Shown here piece after piece: positions 9,699 to 17,896 of a stretch of 64,000 nt of DNA. Every line of letters starts with the position of its first letter. Position 1 is the stretch's first letter. Both the position numbers and the translations under genes were made by a program. The notes beneath the pieces are model-generated. The model searched no databases. It saw only the letters and a program-made list of their open reading frames with translations, and was not told where the DNA came from. Origin of the DNA: Clostridia bacterium (GTDB lineage: Bacteria > Bacillota > Clostridia > Christensenellales > Aristaeellaceae); NCBI GenBank assembly GCA_017473345.1, contig JAFULL010000042.1:1159-65158 (forward strand), given 5' to 3'.

Positions 9699-9707
9699 TG
9701 ATATAAT
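9699..9707 (+). promoter_or_regulatory. Extended -10 promoter element upstream of the peptidase/transporter operon
   Basis: TGATATAAT matches TGnTATAAT. The -35 is weak. It implies a leader of about 215 nt before the ATG at 9930. Confidence 0.45.
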
Positions 9708-9813
9708 AAAAACATCCAGCTGATGTAAAAATACACAGTCATTCGCCTGCATACAATGATGCAGCGGCATGGCTGTCACTACATTAGAAGGAAAAGGAGG
9801 CGAGGCTGCTTCA

Positions 9814-9873
9814 ATGGAGATTGGCAGTATACTCTTATGGGCGTGCTGCTGTCTCTGCCTGAAAGAAGGCTAA
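9814..9873 (+). CDS. Hypothetical 19-aa Cys-rich leader peptide (MEIGSILLWACCCLCLKEG)
   Basis: Short ORF inside the long leader. GGAGG lies 13 nt upstream, which is a long spacing. There is no homology evidence. Confidence 0.15.
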   Translation: MEIGSILLWACCCLCLKEG

Positions 9874-9929
9874 GGCTCTTGGGTTCCCCACAATAACAGA
9901 AACCAAAATTGGAAAAGGAGATTTGGAAA

Positions 9930-10520
9930 ATGAAAAAGATCGTAAGCTTTGCTCTGGTTCTCGCTCTGCTGATGACCATCCCCATGTTCGCCAGCGCCGC
10001 CATCTCCGGCGACCCCGTCATGACCTTTGACGGCCCCGTGATGATCACCAACGCTGGTCAGGGCCCCGGCGGCAAGATGGGCCGTCTGCTGTTCAGCCGC
10101 GCCGGTACTCTGGTCGAAGAGCAGGATTTCTTCTATGTTGACGTTCCCTACGCTGCTGACGTGACCGCCCGCGAGTACAGCGCCATCTTCGTCGTTATCG
10201 GCTCCACCGATAAGGGCCTGGGCGCCACCGGCATCACCATCGACGAGGAAATCGCCCGCGTCAACGAAGTGATGGCCGCTGCCAAGGAAGCCAACGTTCC
10301 TGTCGTCGCCGTGATGCTGGAGAAGGACAAGCGTTCTGACGTTGCCACCAACTCCAACGAGCGCTGCATCGACGCCGTTTGCCCCAGCGCTTCCTGGATG
10401 GTCGTGATCAAGGACGTCAACACCGACGGTCGTTACGACGCCTTCAAGACTGCCAACGGCACTCCTCTGACCATCCTGGACAACTCCATGGACTTCATCG
10501 AGCTGGCCAAGCAGATTTGA
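9930..10520 (+). CDS. Secreted protein of unknown function (alpha/beta, Rossmann-like pattern)
   Basis: Signal peptide MKKIVSFALVLALLMTIPMFASA|A. AAAGGAG lies 9 nt upstream. Strongly biased codon usage. I recognise no catalytic motif. Confidence 0.7.
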   Translation: MKKIVSFALVLALLMTIPMFASAAISGDPVMTFDGPVMITNAGQGPGGKMGRLLFSRAGTLVEEQDFFYVDVPYAADVTAREYSAIFVVIGSTDKGLGATGITIDEEIARVNEVMAAAKEANVPVVAVMLEKDKRSDVATNSNERCIDAVCPSASWMVVIKDVNTDGRYDAFKTANGTPLTILDNSMDFIELAKQI

Positions 10521-10545
10521 GTCAAATCATCTGAAACACCTTTGC

Positions 10546-10567
10546 TCCCGCCCCGTTTGGGGCGGGA
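10546..10567 (+). terminator. GC-rich hairpin after the first operon gene (partial terminator or mRNA stabiliser)
   Basis: tcccgcccc / ggggcggga with loop gttt. The downstream T-tract is weak. Confidence 0.4.
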
Positions 10568-10630
10568 ACCCCTTCTTGATCCCGTCAACTGATTGAGGGA
10601 AACAGGAAAAAATGAAGGAGGGCAACTGTC

Positions 10631-11934
10631 ATGTCTGTGTACGCAAGTACAATCCTCATTCTTGTTGCCATGGTGGCAGCATTTGTCATCAGCAGCATTC
10701 TGCTGAAGACTCCGGAGATCTCTCTGGCGATCACCGCGGTAGTCGGCTTGCTGTTCAGCTGCGGTTTTGGCTGGACCAATTCCTTCCCCCGCGTGCTGGT
10801 GGAAGGCCTGTTCGTTAACCTTGATACTGCATTGATCTTTATCACCGCGTCCATCTTTGTGAACATCTACGCAAAGTCGGGCGCGCTGGACACCATCACC
10901 CGCGGCCTGGTAAGCAAGTTCAACAACAAGTGGATCCTGCTGACCGCCATGGGCGCTCTGATGCTCATCCCGGCGCTCTGACCGGCGCTGGCTCCATCTC
11001 CATCTTCGTTCTGGGCACCATGGTTGCCACCATCGTTGGCGCGATGGGTCTGAACAAGAAGCGCGCGACCGCCTTCGTGTTCATGTTCGCCATCCTGTCC
11101 GCTGCTGCGCCGCCTGTGAACCTGTGGGCCATGATGATCGCCTCCGGCTGCGACATTCCCTACGTTGGCTTTGGCCTGCCGCTGATGTTCCCCATCGTGC
11201 TCACCGGTATCTTCACTATCATCTTCCTGGGCTGGGGCACCAAGCGCCAGAGCAAGGAAGAGGTGCTGGCCAGCCTGCCCGCTCCCACTGCCAACATGAC
11301 CTGGTGGCGCATCGTGCTGCCTCCGGTCGTTCTGGTCGCGCTGTTCCTGCTGTCCAACTATGCTGCTCACTACATCCCGATCCTGGGCCTGCCGCTGATG
11401 TTCGTGATCTCTGCGATCGTGGCCATGCTGTGCAACCCCAACAAGATCGGCCTGAAGGGCTACGGCAAGATCGTCAACGATACCTTCGAGCAGATCTTCC
11501 CCCTGATCGCCACCGTGCTGAGCGTTGGCATGCTGCAGAACGCCATGTCCGCCACCGGCGTCAAGGGCCTGATTGGCATCACCTTCATCACCCTGCCCGT
11601 GATCTGGATCTATGCGACCGTGCTGTTCATCGCTCCCTTCCTACAGGGCGCTCTGAACTACGGCAGCGCCGTTGTATTCGGTGCTCCGCTGATCTTCCTG
11701 TTCAACTCTATGGGCTTTGATCCCAAGATCGCCGCGATCGCGCTGTCTCTGATGTTCCCCATCGGCGACTGCCTGCCCCCGTCCCGCATCACCGGCCGTC
11801 TGGCCATCGAGGCCACCGGCTATGAGGGCAAGTACACCACCTTCCTGAAGGCTGTGCTGATTCCCTGCCTGGTGCTGGGCCTGATTTCTCTCGCGATGCT
11901 CATCTGGCCCAACAAGTTCACTTTCCTGATCTAA
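10631..11934 (+). pseudogene. Multi-pass permease (TctA/TRAP-large-subunit-like) with interrupted reading frame
   Basis: Track ORFs 10631..10981 and 10930..11934 overlap. They join seamlessly as ..AMGALMLIP|GALTGAGSISIF.. if one base is added in the CCCGG run near 10968-10973. Both parts are very hydrophobic. Confidence 0.5.
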
Positions 11935-11949
11935 GAAAGGAGGATTAGC

Positions 11950-12123
11950 ATGGTATTTCTGCAAAACGTCATTCACTGGATCTACATGATCTTCGCAGCG
12001 GTCTCCTGCTTCTTCCTGGTCAAGCACCTGTTCAAGCGTGAGAAGAACAAGGGCATCGTGAACGATATCGTTTACGCCTACTGCATCATCCCGTTCCTCC
12101 TGCGTATCCTGCAGATCAAGTAA
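11950..12123 (+). CDS. 57-aa membrane micro-protein (not in the ORF track)
   Basis: ATG at 11950 with GGAGG 8 nt upstream. Sequence MVFLQNVIHWIYMIFAAVSCFFLVKHLFKREKNKGIVNDIVYAYCIIPFLLRILQIK has two hydrophobic segments. It fills the gap between the permease and the peptidase gene. Confidence 0.55.
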   Translation: MVFLQNVIHWIYMIFAAVSCFFLVKHLFKREKNKGIVNDIVYAYCIIPFLLRILQIK

Positions 12124-12137
12124 GGGAGGAAAAGAAA

Positions 12138-13313
12138 ATGAAAATGAGCAAGAGTATTCTCGTTAAGCTGATCGCGCTGGCCGTTGCTCTGGTACTGGCT
12201 GCGCTGGCTGGCGTAGAGTTCTACAACTATCGTCACACCCCCGAGACCGTGGTTGCCTCCAGCGCTCTGACCGAAACCCACATGCTCAGCGAGTGGGTTC
12301 CCAGCCTGAAGGGCACCTTCGGCGACACCCCCGTATTCTTCTTTGACTCCGGCGTTGAGGGCGGCACCATGCTCTATCTGGGCGGCACCCACCCCTACGA
12401 GCCCGCCACCAGCATGTCTGCCTATGTGATGCTCAACAACATCACTGTGCAGAAGGGCCGCGTCATCATCATCCCGCAGGCCAACCGCAGCGCTACCACG
12501 CTGGGCATGCTGGGCAATGCATATCCTCCCTACTACAAGGTGGAAACCGAGTGGGGCACTGCGCAGTTCAAGAATGGCGACCGCTGGGCCAACCCGCTGG
12601 ATTCCTGGCCGGATCCCTTCACCTACATGCACTATCCGTCCAACCTGGCTCTGACCTACCAGGATATCCGCAACGTTAACCGCTGCTATCCCGGCCGTCC
12701 TGACGGCTCTCTGATCGAGCGCGTTTGCTTTGCTATCATGGAGATCATCCGCAACGAGGACGTCGACATTGCCATCGACTCTCACGAGGCTGCTGTTATG
12801 TACCCCGTGGTTGAGACCTACGTGGCTCACGACCGCGCGCTGGACATGGCGATGATGGCTTCCATGAGCCTGTCGGCAGACCGCTTCTACATGAAGTGTG
12901 AGGCGTCTCCCAAGAACCTGCGTGGCCTGTCTCACCGTGAGTGGGGCGACTACAGCGATACGCTGGCGGTTCTGATGGAGACTCCCCATACCTTCACCGA
13001 CTGGATCGTTGGTCCTATGACTGATGACCTGCAGCCTGTTGGCCAGGACGAGATCCTCAAGATCGCTGCCGAGCATGGTCTGACCTACGTGGACTACGAC
13101 TACGAGTTTGGCACTCCCCTGAAGTACCGCGTTGGCCGCCACCTCGAGGGCGCCAAGGAAGTACTCAGCTGGGCCAACGACATGCAGCTGATGTGGGAAA
13201 ACAAGGACATTCAGGTGACCTGGCCTTCCTACAACGAGCTGATGGAGAAGGACTGCGGCTACTTCCTGGAGAACCCCGAAACGGCCGATCCGTCCCTGGT
13301 ATTCGAAATCTGA
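12138..13313 (+). CDS. Membrane-anchored zinc carboxypeptidase-like protein (M14 clan, succinylglutamate desuccinylase/aspartoacylase-like)
   Basis: N-terminal TM helix (ILVKLIALAVALVLAALAGV). HxxE zinc motif in GGTHPYEP, then NRCYPG and a second His in AIDSHEA. Confidence 0.65.
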   Translation: MKMSKSILVKLIALAVALVLAALAGVEFYNYRHTPETVVASSALTETHMLSEWVPSLKGTFGDTPVFFFDSGVEGGTMLYLGGTHPYEPATSMSAYVMLNNITVQKGRVIIIPQANRSATTLGMLGNAYPPYYKVETEWGTAQFKNGDRWANPLDSWPDPFTYMHYPSNLALTYQDIRNVNRCYPGRPDGSLIERVCFAIMEIIRNEDVDIAIDSHEAAVMYPVVETYVAHDRALDMAMMASMSLSADRFYMKCEASPKNLRGLSHREWGDYSDTLAVLMETPHTFTDWIVGPMTDDLQPVGQDEILKIAAEHGLTYVDYDYEFGTPLKYRVGRHLEGAKEVLSWANDMQLMWENKDIQVTWPSYNELMEKDCGYFLENPETADPSLVFEI

Positions 13314-13337
13314 CCCATCCCGGAAGGAGTGTGACCT

Positions 13338-14954
13338 ATGCGCAAAAAGTTCAGTTTCCTGATCGCTGTGGTTATGATTATCGCATTGCTCACGCAAAGC
13401 GCCATGGCCTGCACGATCTTCGGCGTTGGCAAGAATGCCACGGTTGACGGCTCCACCATCGTTACCCATACCGATGACACCACCAGCGACGACTTCCGTA
13501 CGTGGATCATTCCGCGTATGGAAGGCGGCGAGGGTGTGATGCGCGACATCGTCATGAACGGCCATTCCTATGGTGACTGGAGTGATTACCCCAACACCAA
13601 GGATTACGGCAGCGGCATGGTGATCGGTGAAATGCCTCAGCCTGAGGATACCAACCAGTACATCCACAGCAACTATTCCTTCATCAATGAGCATGGCGTG
13701 GCCATGGGTGAATCCACTGCGTGGTTCATTCCCGCCGACGATCACACGATGACGCTGTACGAAATGTTCTACATGGACAACAACGGCATCATCGACTGCT
13801 ACCATGCTCAGCACATCGCCATGGAGCGCGCCACCACCGCGCGCGAAGCGGTCGAAATCATCGGCGCGATGGTTGAGGAATATGGCTGGGGAACGTCCGC
13901 AGAAGTGATGAACATCTGCGACGGCAACGAAGTGTGGATTCTGGAAGTGTACGGCCGCGACCTGTGGTGTGCCGTGCGTCTGCCTGATGACGCCTTCTTT
14001 GTGGCAGCCAACCGCTGCCGCATCAATGAGTTCAACTTCGAGGACAAGGAGAACTACCTGTGCTCTCCCAACCTGAAGTCCTGCGCCATTGAAAAGGGCC
14101 TGTGGAGCGAGGAAAGCGGCGAGCCCTTCGCGCCCGCCAAGATCTACTGCCCCTACAGCGATCCCTACTGCAACCGCCGTGAATGGCGCGCGCTGAGCCT
14201 TGTGGCTCCCAGCCTGAACCTGGACCCCAACGCCGATTACTATCCCCTGTATGTCGTTCCTGAAAAGAAGCTGAGCGTTGAGGACATCCGCGCGCTCAAC
14301 AGCGACTACTATCAGGGCACTGAGTACGACGTGTCCCTCACACCTGAGGCCGGTCCTTTCGGCAACCCGCTCAGCGACAAGCATCACGAGCGCACCATCA
14401 ACCTGTACCGTACCACCTACCTGATGATCGCCAACATCAACGCCAGCCTGCCCAAGGAAGTTCGTTCCCTGGTGTGGCACGGCTTTGGTGCTGCCGATTC
14501 TTCCTTCATCGTACCGCTGTGGGCTTCCATGACCCGCCTGCCCGAGCTGTACTCCATTGGCAGCCGTTACGAAAAGTTTGACCGTAACAGCGGCTGGTGG
14601 ATCGCGTCCTACGTGCAGCAGACCGCCAGCCAGAATTACGACAGCGCGATTGAAACCATTCACGCTGCCCGCGATCCCAAGCTGGCTGAGCAGTACGAGA
14701 CTGTTGCAAGCGTTCAGAAGGCCGCTGCTGCGCTGGTGGAAGCCGGCAACAGCGAGGCTGCAGTTGAACTGCTGACCTCCTACGCCTGCAACAATGCTGA
14801 GGACTGGTACGAGTACTGGCTGGAGCTTGGCGACGAGCTCTACAGCACTTACATGTTTGACCGCGTTGACATGAACGAGGCCAAATATCCGGATTGGTGG
14901 ACCCAGATTCTCGACAACGCGCCTGATAAGCCCGTTGCGGAAGCTGCCCAGTAA
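13338..14954 (+). CDS. Secreted C69 family dipeptidase (Ntn-hydrolase), paralog 1
   Basis: Signal peptide ending SAMA, directly followed by CTIFGVGKNATVDGST, the C69 N-terminal nucleophile Cys motif. 538 aa. Confidence 0.8.
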   Translation: MRKKFSFLIAVVMIIALLTQSAMACTIFGVGKNATVDGSTIVTHTDDTTSDDFRTWIIPRMEGGEGVMRDIVMNGHSYGDWSDYPNTKDYGSGMVIGEMPQPEDTNQYIHSNYSFINEHGVAMGESTAWFIPADDHTMTLYEMFYMDNNGIIDCYHAQHIAMERATTAREAVEIIGAMVEEYGWGTSAEVMNICDGNEVWILEVYGRDLWCAVRLPDDAFFVAANRCRINEFNFEDKENYLCSPNLKSCAIEKGLWSEESGEPFAPAKIYCPYSDPYCNRREWRALSLVAPSLNLDPNADYYPLYVVPEKKLSVEDIRALNSDYYQGTEYDVSLTPEAGPFGNPLSDKHHERTINLYRTTYLMIANINASLPKEVRSLVWHGFGAADSSFIVPLWASMTRLPELYSIGSRYEKFDRNSGWWIASYVQQTASQNYDSAIETIHAARDPKLAEQYETVASVQKAAAALVEAGNSEAAVELLTSYACNNAEDWYEYWLELGDELYSTYMFDRVDMNEAKYPDWWTQILDNAPDKPVAEAAQ

Positions 14955-15047
14955 TCCATCCCCATTAGACTGTAGGTCCGGGCGCTTGTTGCGCGGGCGC
15001 CCGGATTTATGAGTACGAAACCAAAATAAAAAAGGAGAGACCACAAA

Positions 15048-16667
15048 ATGAGCAAGAAGATTCTGAGTGCTCTCGCTATGGTTATGGCTCTGGTCATGAT
15101 GATGTCCAGCGCGATGGCCTGCACCACCCTGGGTATTGGCAAGCTCGCTACTGCCGATGGTTCCACCGTTATCACCCACACCTGCGACTCCACCGGTGAT
15201 GACTCCCGTCTGTGGATCATCCCCCGTATGGAAGGCGGCGAGGGCGTCATGCGTGACATCGTCCTCAACGGCAACCAGTACGGCGATTGGTCCGACTACC
15301 CCAACACCAAGGACTACGGCGGCGGCATGGTCGTTGGCGAAATGCCCCAGCCCGAAGACACCTACCAGTACCTGCACACCAACTATTCTCTGATCAATGA
15401 GAAGGGTGTTGCCATGGGCGAATCCACCTGCACCCCCAACTTCACCGACGAGCGCGGCCTGAAGTGCTACGAAGTGATGGTTAAGAACAGCCTGGGCATC
15501 ATCGACTGCTACCATGCTCAGCATGTTGCTCTCGAGCGCGCTTCTACCGCCCGCGAGGCTGTCGAAATCATCGGCGCCATGGTTGAAGAGTACGGCTGGT
15601 CCGGCTTCTGCGAGAACATCAACATCTGCGACGGCAACGAGACCTGGATCATGGAAGTTTACGGCCACAATGTGTGGTGCGCCTTCCGTGTGCCGGACGA
15701 CGCCATGTTCGTTTGCGCCAACCGCGCCCGCATCGACTATGTTGACCTCGAGGACAAGGAAAACTACCTGTGCTCTGACAACATCATCTCCTTCGCCGTC
15801 GAAAACGGCCTGTGGAGTGAAGAGAGCGGCGAGCCTTTCGCTCCCTGCGATGTGTATGCTTACAACACCGGTGCTTACTCCTACCGTCGCGAGTGGCGCG
15901 CCATGAACCTGGTGTGCCCCAGCATGGAGCTGGATCCCGAGGCTGTCAAGCAGCCCCTGCTGTGCTACCCCGAGAAGAAGCTGACCGTTGCTGACATCCG
16001 CGCGATCAACTCCGACTACTACAAGGGCACTGCTTATGACGTGACCCTGACCCCCGAAGCTGGCCCGTTCGGCAACGTGCTGACCGACAAGCTGAAGGAA
16101 CGCACCATCAACCTGTACCGCGCTACTTATCACACCATCGCCACCGTCAACGCTGCTCTGCCTGAGGAAGCTCGCTCCCTCGTGTGGATCGGCTGGGGCG
16201 CTGCTGACTCCTCTTACAGCATCCCGCTGTGGGCCTCTATGACCGAGCTGCCCGAGATCCTCGTCAACGGCCATCGCTACACCACCTTCGATCGCGACTC
16301 CGCCTGGTGGATCAGCCAGTATGTCCAGCAGACCGCTTCTCAGAACTATGAGAGCGCCATCAAGGACATCCACGCTGCCCGCGATCCCAAGATGGAAGAG
16401 CAGTACGCCGAGGTTGCCAGCATCCAGGCTGCCGCTGCCGCTCTGGTTGAAGCCGGCAACAAGGAAGCTGCTGTGAAGCTGATCACCGATTACGCTTACA
16501 ACAACGCCATCGAATGGCATGAGTTCTGGACCGAGCTGGGCGACAAGCTGTACGCCAAGTACATGTTCAACCGCGTCGACATGAACGAAGCCAAGTATCC
16601 CGAGTGGTGGACCAACATCCTCGACAACGCTCCCGACAAGCCCGTTGAGGAAGTTCCCGCTGCCTAA
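15048..16667 (+). CDS. Secreted C69 family dipeptidase (Ntn-hydrolase), paralog 2
   Basis: Signal peptide ending SAMA, followed by CTTLGIGKLATADGST. Shares long identical runs with paralog 1 (WIIPRMEGGEGVMRDIV, REAVEIIGAMVEEYGW, YVQQTASQNY). Confidence 0.8.
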   Translation: MSKKILSALAMVMALVMMMSSAMACTTLGIGKLATADGSTVITHTCDSTGDDSRLWIIPRMEGGEGVMRDIVLNGNQYGDWSDYPNTKDYGGGMVVGEMPQPEDTYQYLHTNYSLINEKGVAMGESTCTPNFTDERGLKCYEVMVKNSLGIIDCYHAQHVALERASTAREAVEIIGAMVEEYGWSGFCENINICDGNETWIMEVYGHNVWCAFRVPDDAMFVCANRARIDYVDLEDKENYLCSDNIISFAVENGLWSEESGEPFAPCDVYAYNTGAYSYRREWRAMNLVCPSMELDPEAVKQPLLCYPEKKLTVADIRAINSDYYKGTAYDVTLTPEAGPFGNVLTDKLKERTINLYRATYHTIATVNAALPEEARSLVWIGWGAADSSYSIPLWASMTELPEILVNGHRYTTFDRDSAWWISQYVQQTASQNYESAIKDIHAARDPKMEEQYAEVASIQAAAAALVEAGNKEAAVKLITDYAYNNAIEWHEFWTELGDKLYAKYMFNRVDMNEAKYPEWWTNILDNAPDKPVEEVPAA

Positions 16668-16679
16668 TTGTTAATCTCC

Positions 16680-16717
16680 GGGTCCAGACGTTCGCGCAAC
16701 GAGCGTCTGGACCCTTT
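16680..16717 (+). terminator. Rho-independent terminator after the peptidase genes
   Basis: gggtccagacg / cgtctggaccc, 13-nt loop, followed by TTT. Confidence 0.7.
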
Positions 16718-16725
16718 CAGCAGAC

Positions 16726-16760
16726 AAAGTTCAAGCGCTCCTTGGGGGCGCTTGAACTTT
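16726..16760 (+). terminator. Second hairpin directly upstream of pgsB (terminator or regulatory)
   Basis: aaagttcaagcgc / gcgcttgaacttt with a 9-nt loop. It lies only 8 nt after the first hairpin element. Confidence 0.5.
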
Positions 16761-16795
16761 GCCTGCTCAATTCAACTGTAAACGGAGGCGAAATC

Positions 16796-17896
16796 ATGAT
16801 TGCAGTGGTTATTGCAGTGCTGGTGATGCTTATGCTGGGCGTGGTGGAAAATGCTGTCCACCAGCATATGCTCAAAAAAATCCCACTGCGGATTCTCATC
16901 AACGGAACCCGCGGCAAAACGACTGTCACTCGTATGACGGCTTCGGTTTTGAATGCTGCGGGTATTCGTGCCTATGCCAAGACGACGGGATCTGAAGCGC
17001 GCCGTATTCTGCCGGACGGAACCGAAGAGGCCTACCGCAAACATGATTTTGTGACCATGATGGAACAGCTGCCCTTTGTGCGGCTTGCTGTGAAGGGAAA
17101 GGCGCAGGCCATCGTGGTGGAGTGTATGGCGCAGCGTGTGGAAAACCAGCGGCTGATGGGGGAAAAGCTGATCCGCCCGCATTGGGTACTGATGACAAAC
17201 GCCTACGTCGACCATGTGGAGGAAATAGGTGCAACCGAAGAGGAAACCGTTCATGTGCTGGCGCAGTCCATTTCGGCAGAGAGCAAAGTGATCGCACATG
17301 ATGAGCGCTTTGCAGCATACACCAGCCAGCTGATCCAGCCGAACGAAGCTGATGATGCGCAGCTTTACGCACAGTGCTCTTTCCCGGTACATCGGGCAAA
17401 TGTACAGCTGGTGGAGGCTCTGGCAGCCGGATTGGGCATTTCTGCGGAAGTTGTGCGACAGGGTATCCTTGACACAAAGCCGGATATCGGCATGTACAAA
17501 AAGTTTGAGGCTTCCGGCTGCACGGTGTGGAATGCTTTTGCTGCCAACGACCCGGTTAGCTTTGCCCAAACGCTGGAGGAATGCGCGCAGCGCGGCAAGT
17601 TCCGGCTGCTGTATAATCACCGCAACGACAGGTCCTATCGGCTGGAAGCATTCGCACAGGTGATCCGCAAGTCAGAGGCAAAGCCACAAGTCATTGGCGT
17701 TATCGGAAACGACAAGGACTGGTGCGCGCGATATCTGACCCGCATGACCGGCGTTCAGGCCAACCCTGTGACGGATGCCTGCGAATGGCTGCAGCAGCCC
17801 AACGCTGCGCAGCAGGTGCTGTGCGCTGGCAATATCAAGGGTGAAGGCCGTATGCTTTTGGAAAAATTGATGGAGGAAGCGCAGAAGAATGTATGA
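16796..17896 (+). CDS. pgsB: Poly-gamma-glutamate synthase PgsB/CapB-like amide ligase (Mur-ligase fold)
   Basis: N-terminal TM helix, then INGTRGKTTVTRM (PgsB P-loop). Collinear by eye with B. subtilis PgsB. ATG at 16796 with GGAGG 8 nt upstream. Confidence 0.8.
   Translation: MIAVVIAVLVMLMLGVVENAVHQHMLKKIPLRILINGTRGKTTVTRMTASVLNAAGIRAYAKTTGSEARRILPDGTEEAYRKHDFVTMMEQLPFVRLAVKGKAQAIVVECMAQRVENQRLMGEKLIRPHWVLMTNAYVDHVEEIGATEEETVHVLAQSISAESKVIAHDERFAAYTSQLIQPNEADDAQLYAQCSFPVHRANVQLVEALAAGLGISAEVVRQGILDTKPDIGMYKKFEASGCTVWNAFAANDPVSFAQTLEECAQRGKFRLLYNHRNDRSYRLEAFAQVIRKSEAKPQVIGVIGNDKDWCARYLTRMTGVQANPVTDACEWLQQPNAAQQVLCAGNIKGEGRMLLEKLMEEAQKNV

Noticed and set aside
9874-9895. The string CTTGGGTTCCCC in the long leader resembles the start of the guanidine-I (ykkC) riboswitch consensus (CTAGGGTTCCGG).
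   Set aside because: None of the downstream conserved ykkC elements (GGTCCGAGAG, ACACGGCGGGA..AAGCCCGGGAGA) follow. T-box, glutamine, glycine and cyclic-dinucleotide riboswitch cores were also not found by eye.
10930-10981. Programmed -1 ribosomal frameshift in the permease.
   Set aside because: There is no slippery heptamer of the X XXY YYZ type and no downstream stimulatory structure. A simple 1-nt indel in the CCCGG run explains the break, so it is reported only as a possible pseudogene or sequencing error.
12078-16520. A 1480-aa ORF on the minus strand spanning the M14 and both C69 genes.
   Set aside because: It lies antisense to three well-supported genes with signal peptides and catalytic motifs. 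Its translation is low-complexity (G/A/V/H/D-rich) with no recognisable domain. Long stop-free antisense frames are expected with the strong G/C third-position bias seen here.
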